NCBI RefSeq assembly: GCF_018350175.1
Contig: NC_058368.1
Span: 116,932,001-116,996,000, forward strand
Source: Felis catus
Lineage: Eukaryota
Length of the DNA stretch: 64,000 bases
Direction of reading: 5' to 3'
The notes beneath the pieces were generated by a model. That model did not search any database. It had not been told where the DNA came from and saw only the letters and a list, made by a program, of their open reading frames with translations. A program made the translations under genes and the position numbers. Within the stretch, counting starts at the first letter, position 1. Each line of letters starts with the position of its first letter. Below are positions 56,326 to 64,000 of the stretch, in pieces.

Positions 56326-56455
56326 TGATGAAAAACAGAATTGCCTATGCAGCTCCAGTATCCAGCCAAACAATTTCACATTGCCTGGAAGCTAAAGTAC
56401 GTTTTTCTTGGCCACAGCAAACGTGAATCTGAAATCTCTTTAAAACTATATTTAG

Positions 56456-58936
<2,481 letters not shown>

Positions 58937-60813
58937 TTATTGCTAGGAACCTATTTAATAAAGACATTAACTTCTAATTTTTTTCTTGACTAAATTGTTT
59001 ATGCCTGCCACCACAAATAAGGTGTTGTTTAATTTTCTCTATTTGGTTCATCCTCAATTTCCAATTTTATACCTGTCTTCACAGGTTTCTTTACCCTCAT
59101 ATTTTAGTCCAGTGAAGTATTTTTCAGTAGAATCCCAGTAAGTGAAATAAGTTCTACTTTCAAAGATGATACCATTAACATTTTCTACTACTTTATGAAT
59201 AAGTGTCTTTATTGGCTTTGTACTTACAATTTTCATTTTAGTTTTCTTTCCAGAGCTTCTTCAGTTATGAAAATAATGTGCATGTGATCTATGCATTTCC
59301 TATTTGGTAGTTCTTCTCTTCCATTTTAAAACTGGTATTTTTGTTGGTTTATCGACCTCAATTTTTATTATAGCGATTTTTAAAACTATTACTTTTTTAA
59401 AGTTGTTTTCCCGTTATTGGTATTTGCATCTTTAAAGTATTTACATTGTGTGATAAGATAAATAAATCCCTAATAAGTCTTATGTAAAATAAGAAGAAAC
59501 ACCTCTGTAAGATACTGAGTGTGTGTGTATGTATTTAAGTTTGGAGACAAAAACAATGTTTAGGTGTTTTATAGCATCATGTAGAAATATTTAATCATTT
59601 GTTTTAAATCCTGTATGAAAAAAAACAGAGATTCCTGTTAAGTTTTTAATGGCTAACAAAGCAGTCCCATTCAGTTGGAAAAAAACTGTAGAAATCGTCA
59701 GAAGTTTATATGGTATAGATTCTTCGTTTAGCAGTTAGAGTTTTTGGCAGTATCTAGCCCTTTCCCTCTACAATGTCCTTCAGCTTAATCTCTATCTCTT
59801 GCTTATTAGAGGAAAAACAGAGTTATTTCTGGATATTAGGCCTTTGAATAAAATTCTCTATGAGGTAGATGTTATGCTTTTCTTACTGTCGGTAGTGTTT
59901 GGATAGGCATTATGCTGGTCTATTCTTTCCCTCCCTTTTATTTGGTACAGAGAAATTAGATCCCACCAGATTTTAATTAAGAGGAACTTTAAAATAAAGA
60001 CCAGTCCCTTCTTTAATTTTGTAAGTAATTTTAAAGCTAATATAAGAAAAACAAAGACATGAAAAAAAGAAACAAGTTGATAAGAATGAGTTAAGTGAAA
60101 GAATACAATTTTCAAATGGTATGGATTTAAGGCACAGAAGGTCGTTTCATATCCTAGTAAGTAGAGCTTATTTATCCATTCCTTAATATAGCAAGCATTG
60201 AGTGTCTGATTTGTGAATTTAAGATGATTAAGGCATCCTTCCATCCTTACATAGGGACAGGTTGACTTGAATAAGGGACAAATTGGCATGAAACAGGAAG
60301 CAGTAATATGTACAGAGCAATTATACAAGTTTCTATGGGAGCACAGAGGAGGGAAAGCCTAAACCCTTCCCTCTGGATGATTATATTTAGGCAATATGAT
60401 TAGATTTTAAGGAAATTGTTGAAGAATGTGTGAAACAAGTTTCTTTTTTCAGTTTGGTCAATGTTTTTGGAAAAGTAAAATCTGTTATTTTGGTCCCAGA
60501 GGTCACCACTGTTTTCCACTTTGGTTCATGACATTGCATGGGAGTAGTTTCAGGAGTGAAAGGCCTACTACAGAACTAAATGTGGCACATTGAGGTGGAC
60601 AGAGTTAACTGCTAGAAACATTTTCCAAATTTTGAATTTTTAACTTTTCCCATGAATCAGTGAAAAATCTCAACAATGTGAGCAGTATTCTATCTCAACA
60701 TTACTTTCTACCAAACAAAAGAAAAGAAAAATGAAATACTTAAATGAGCCACTAAAGAAAAAAATTGAAAATACACACACAAATTGGGTAGAGCCATTTG
60801 AGTCTGTTGGAGG

Positions 60814-60838
60814 CCACGCGGTGGCGCTGCAGGCTAAA
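60814..60838 (+). promoter_or_regulatory. CSE / CTCF site of PCDHB9/10
   Basis: ccacgcggtggcgctgcaggctaaa; CGCT at 60825, 261 nt upstream of the ATG. Confidence 0.88.
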
Positions 60839-60843
60839 AAGAC

Positions 60844-60870
60844 AAAAAAAAAAAAAAAAAAAAAAAAAAA
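60844..60870. repeat. A27 homopolymer in the PCDHB9/10 promoter/5' leader
   Basis: Direct reading; begins 19 nt after the start of the CGCT box. Confidence 0.9.
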
Positions 60871-61061
60871 TCGACCATGAACTGAGAATGCTGCGGAAGG
60901 CATTAGCAAAAAGGATCAAGGCAGATGAGCTGGGAGAAAACCTGTACTGGCCCAAGATTGGAAAAGGAAAAAAACCCAGACTCCTGCTACAAATGGCATA
61001 GGTCTGGGGGTTGCAACTGCTGGTTCTGTAGGCTGGGAGCTGTGATTGTGACCAACATTGA

Positions 61062-63479
<2,418 letters not shown>

Positions 63480-64000
63480 AAATTCTTTTTTATATTTTCA
63501 CGCACTTTTAAGTGGTGTACAATCATATCAATATCAGTTTAGTTTTAAAATTCCTAGTTATTTTAAGCCTAATTTTAAGTACTATATATCTCTGATTTAC
63601 AATGTCATTTCATCCTTTTTTGCATTTAATCAATAGGTAGCTTTAATTAGCACCCATTTGTAAATAATAGTTTAAGGTTTAATCATTTCAAAATGTACAA
63701 GGATGTAGTTATTCTTACCTAGAAAATCGAAATTTGTCTTTTCCTTTTAGTATATTTCATAGACTAATCTCTGTCCTCATCGCCTTGTACTTCCTTCATG
63801 TCAGCAGACATCCCTCCACTTCTGATCTTCTCTAACATTCTGTTTAATCATGTGAAAAAAAATCATGTCATCTAGCATTTTAAAGATATTTCTCTCTTAC
63901 TCTGCTCGTGAGAAAATGAGAGAGATCATTTTGTGAGTGATATGGGACTACAGTCATATCTTGTAGTCATATTATTATTCCATTTCCTTTAAATACACTA

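Overview
Mammalian genomic DNA, almost certainly felid judging by the many SINEC_Fc-type Can-SINEs and an L1_Fc 3' end. It covers the middle of the clustered protocadherin-beta (PCDHB) locus. Eight intact, single-exon, plus-strand PCDHB genes lie in tandem. By similarity to remembered human proteins and conserved order they are PCDHB4, PCDHB5, PCDHB6, an intact orthologue of the human pseudogene PCDHB17P, PCDHB7, PCDHB8, PCDHB16 and PCDHB9/10. Each has a CSE/CTCF-type promoter element (GGTGGCGCTGCAGG) 237-261 nt upstream of its ATG. Intergenic DNA is AT-rich and filled with SINE, L1, MIR, L2, MLT and MER5 relics. I find no wholly new biological system. The most notable observations are: (1) a ninth, orphan CSE promoter relic at ~24.4 kb with no coding exon, 2 kb upstream of PCDHB6, whose own CSE has CAGT instead of CGCT; (2) an indel-free, near-identical 1004-nt GC/CpG-rich block (late EC4 to TM) shared by all eight genes, with neighbour-biased mosaic variants and swapped cytoplasmic tails, indicating strong gene conversion; (3) the intact PCDHB17 orthologue; (4) young feline SINE heads that closely mimic the CSE/CTCF core. 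Every gene carries an identical 183-nt N run in EC6 that looks like hard-masking rather than an assembly gap. Gene symbols and repeat family names come from recollection, not from a database search.
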